64,000 nt of DNA from Promethearchaeota archaeon (GTDB lineage: Archaea > Asgardarchaeota > Lokiarchaeia > Sigyniarchaeales > SOKP01), in the NCBI GenBank assembly GCA_030599585.1, contig JAUVNS010000019.1, forward strand, positions 16,404 through 80,403, given 5' to 3'. Position numbers and translations under genes: made by a program. Each line of letters opens with the position of its first letter. The first letter of the stretch is position 1. The notes under the pieces were generated by a model that ran no database searches, was not told the DNA's origin, and saw only the letters and a program-made list of their open reading frames with translations. This document shows, one piece after another, positions 48,301-51,300 of the stretch.

Positions 48301-51300
48301 TTGACTTTTTTAATAAGAGTTACGTTATCGGCAATAAATGATTTAAGCCCGTAGTTGTCAATCCCGCTATAAAAAATGTTAATTCCAAAGTTAAATTGTC
48401 TTGAATCGTACACGTCTTGAAATTGAAGGTCATCGGATAACACGATTTGATCTTGATCAAATAATATGCTTTGGTCTCCGAATAATTTTACAAATTCCAA
48501 TTCTGAATTAAACAAAACTTTTGTTTGGCTCAAGTGATCTTCAATCGATATAGAATTTATCTGAAACACTCTCTCGCTTGAGGTCTGGTTGTAACTTACG
48601 AAAATAGTAGTTGAGTCTTCCAACAAAAGCGAAGTGTTGTAACAGATTCTAGTATTTATTTGAGGAGATTCAAGATCCCCGTTGTAGTTTATTGCGTTGT
48701 TTGACCCTGGAATAGTCCAAGAATAATTTAATTTTAGCATGTCTAATTGAAAGTCGAAATAAGAGGAATTTTCACCGCTTAATTTTGCTTTTACTTCAAA
48801 ATTTGCGTTATAATAATCAGAACTCGTAATTGAATACAATCCATCAAAGAACGAAGTGTGGACCGAAGAATTTACGAGATCGTATTGTTGGGAGTTGTAG
48901 TTGTATAACGAAATATTAATAGTTTGGCTGATGTTTGTTCTATAACAATACAACAACTCCGCGGAAGCTAAATCGTATTGAACGGGTTTATTTCCCATTT
49001 CCAAATCGGAAATAAAAGATAAATTGTTAAGAGTCGAGCTTGGGGAAGGCCGTTCTGATTCGAACTTTATTTTCAAATTGGTTATGTTAGTTTGAGACGC
49101 GGAGAGTCCAGACCAAGTGTAGGTTTTCCATTCAGGCGTTGCTCCCATGTTTAAAGGTTTTATTCCGAGCCAACTACCGCAAAACACGTTTATAGTTGAT
49201 TCAATCGAAGATTCGTTCCCATATACCTTTATAACAATTTGATCCACAGTCCCGCCTTGCACATCAAGATAACTCATGTCAAATTCGTCTGTGATATTTC
49301 CAGAACCGGTGCTTATTGTATAAATGAAATCGCTCGAAATAGTGGGCGCAGTAGGATCCTCTACTACATCGTTAATAAGTTCGAAATGATCGGTCCCAGT
49401 TGTTACTTCCCAATCATTTACAACATCGGAGTCTGGTCTTACAATACCGTTGTCTTGAACAGTACCACCACTGGCAGAATGCGAAAAAGAAGTTTCGTTA
49501 GTAATTATATAATGGGCAAATCCTGCCGTGTGTCCAACTTCAGTATCTTGATAACGATCTTCTTGGAAGTACGGTTCAATCTGAGTAGAGGTGAATGGAG
49601 AATCTTCCCAATTAGCCCAAGCACCATTGTTTCCGTCCATGCGGACGTATTTCGCTACGCCCCAAGTAGGAGTCTCTCCAAAGTTATGGTCTTCAAGGTT
49701 GTTGTGAGATTGTTCTTCGATCGTGTCTGCTGTTATTCCTGATTTAATGTGGAGTCCGTTTATCGAAAAATCGCCTTGTTCAATTACTATATAACTAATC
49801 GTCTCTCCAGGATGATTGTCTTGCGGAGTGCATTCAGCAGAAGTCATTGAAGTGTAAAACGCCGAAGTAGAGGGATGAGTGGTTCGGGAACCGCCATTTG
49901 TCCAAGATTCGATCCACTTACTTCCGGTTGCTGACGCGTTTTCAGTAGTTACAGTCGTGAGAAAATTGGCGGTTGTAGAACCCCAGAAAGTAGTATTTAA
50001 GGTAACTTGGTCGCCTGCCGAACCATAAGTATTTGGTACGACGGTTTCGGTATAGTGGTTACCTGCCTCAATCTTAGGCCAACCTGCTTCTTCCCATTCT
50101 CCCGCTTCAACTACCACTAAATATATATTGCCATGACAAGTCGCATTAGAACCGTATATATAATCCGGAACGCCAACTTTTGTCTGACAGCTCGTAGAAG
50201 TAACCGAACGGATTTTAACACCTACCGCAGTATCAGCAGAATTAAATCCTGAAGAAATTTCAAGGTTCGCAATAACAACGGGTTCTACATAGGTATTTTG
50301 AAATGATACATCTACCCAAGTAGTCTGATTTACTCCAGTAACTTTAATGGTTTCGATTTGGAATCCATTTCCACTTCCTTCTGAATATTCGTAAGAAACA
50401 TCACCGTATGCTGCGTATATTCTACTCCCTATCGCTTCAGTTTCATCGTAATCAGGAGTGAACGTTGAATAATCGTTGTCTCTATCGACAATCGAGCCTA
50501 ACCAGTCAGAAATTCCGCTTAGCATCTCAAAATCTGAAGGTTGAGCTGGAACATCCTGCGACGAACCCGTACCACCACTACCACCAGCAATTACATCGTT
50601 TATGGCAATGGGCGTTGAAAAGGAAGTATCTGAGTAAGAAGAACTTAATTGGGTATAATACAAGTTTTTAATAGTGTCGTTAACATCCTCGTTAATTCTA
50701 CTGCCTTGGGTAGGATTAGTCCAAGTAACCTCTTCGAAAGCGACGTGAACTATACATTCTTGGTGAATTAACTCTAAATTTTGATCGTATATATTACCGA
50801 GAGGGGTTAAAGTAATTTCTGGAACCATCATAGCGGTTTCGTCTAAATTTCCCAGTTCGTAATTAGTTACATTTATCACATCTTGTACGGTAAAATCTTC
50901 CAAGCTGACTCTTCCGTAGACTATTGACCATTCAGATTCGCCGTTTGAGTGAATGTCTTGATTTCTTTGTTGCCAAGTCACATATAGATCGGTAGAACTT
51001 AACGCAATAGCGGGCGAAAGTTGGTATATATCGTCTTCGCCTAGATCAAATAATCGAACGGGCGTTGACCAATCTCCTTCAGGTCTGTAAGCGTAAGTGA
51101 GGTAAATTTTCCACATACTTTCAGTGGCGTATCGAGCAGCAAAAACTATAATAACAAGTTCGTCGTTGGATACTATTTTTGGAACAACATATCTCTGCCG
51201 TATGTCCTCTAAACTACCGTCTGAATCTCCTACGCTCGTAAATTCGTCCTTAATAACGCTCTGGAAAGTGTTAGATATGTTAATAGGGGGGTTAAGGCTT

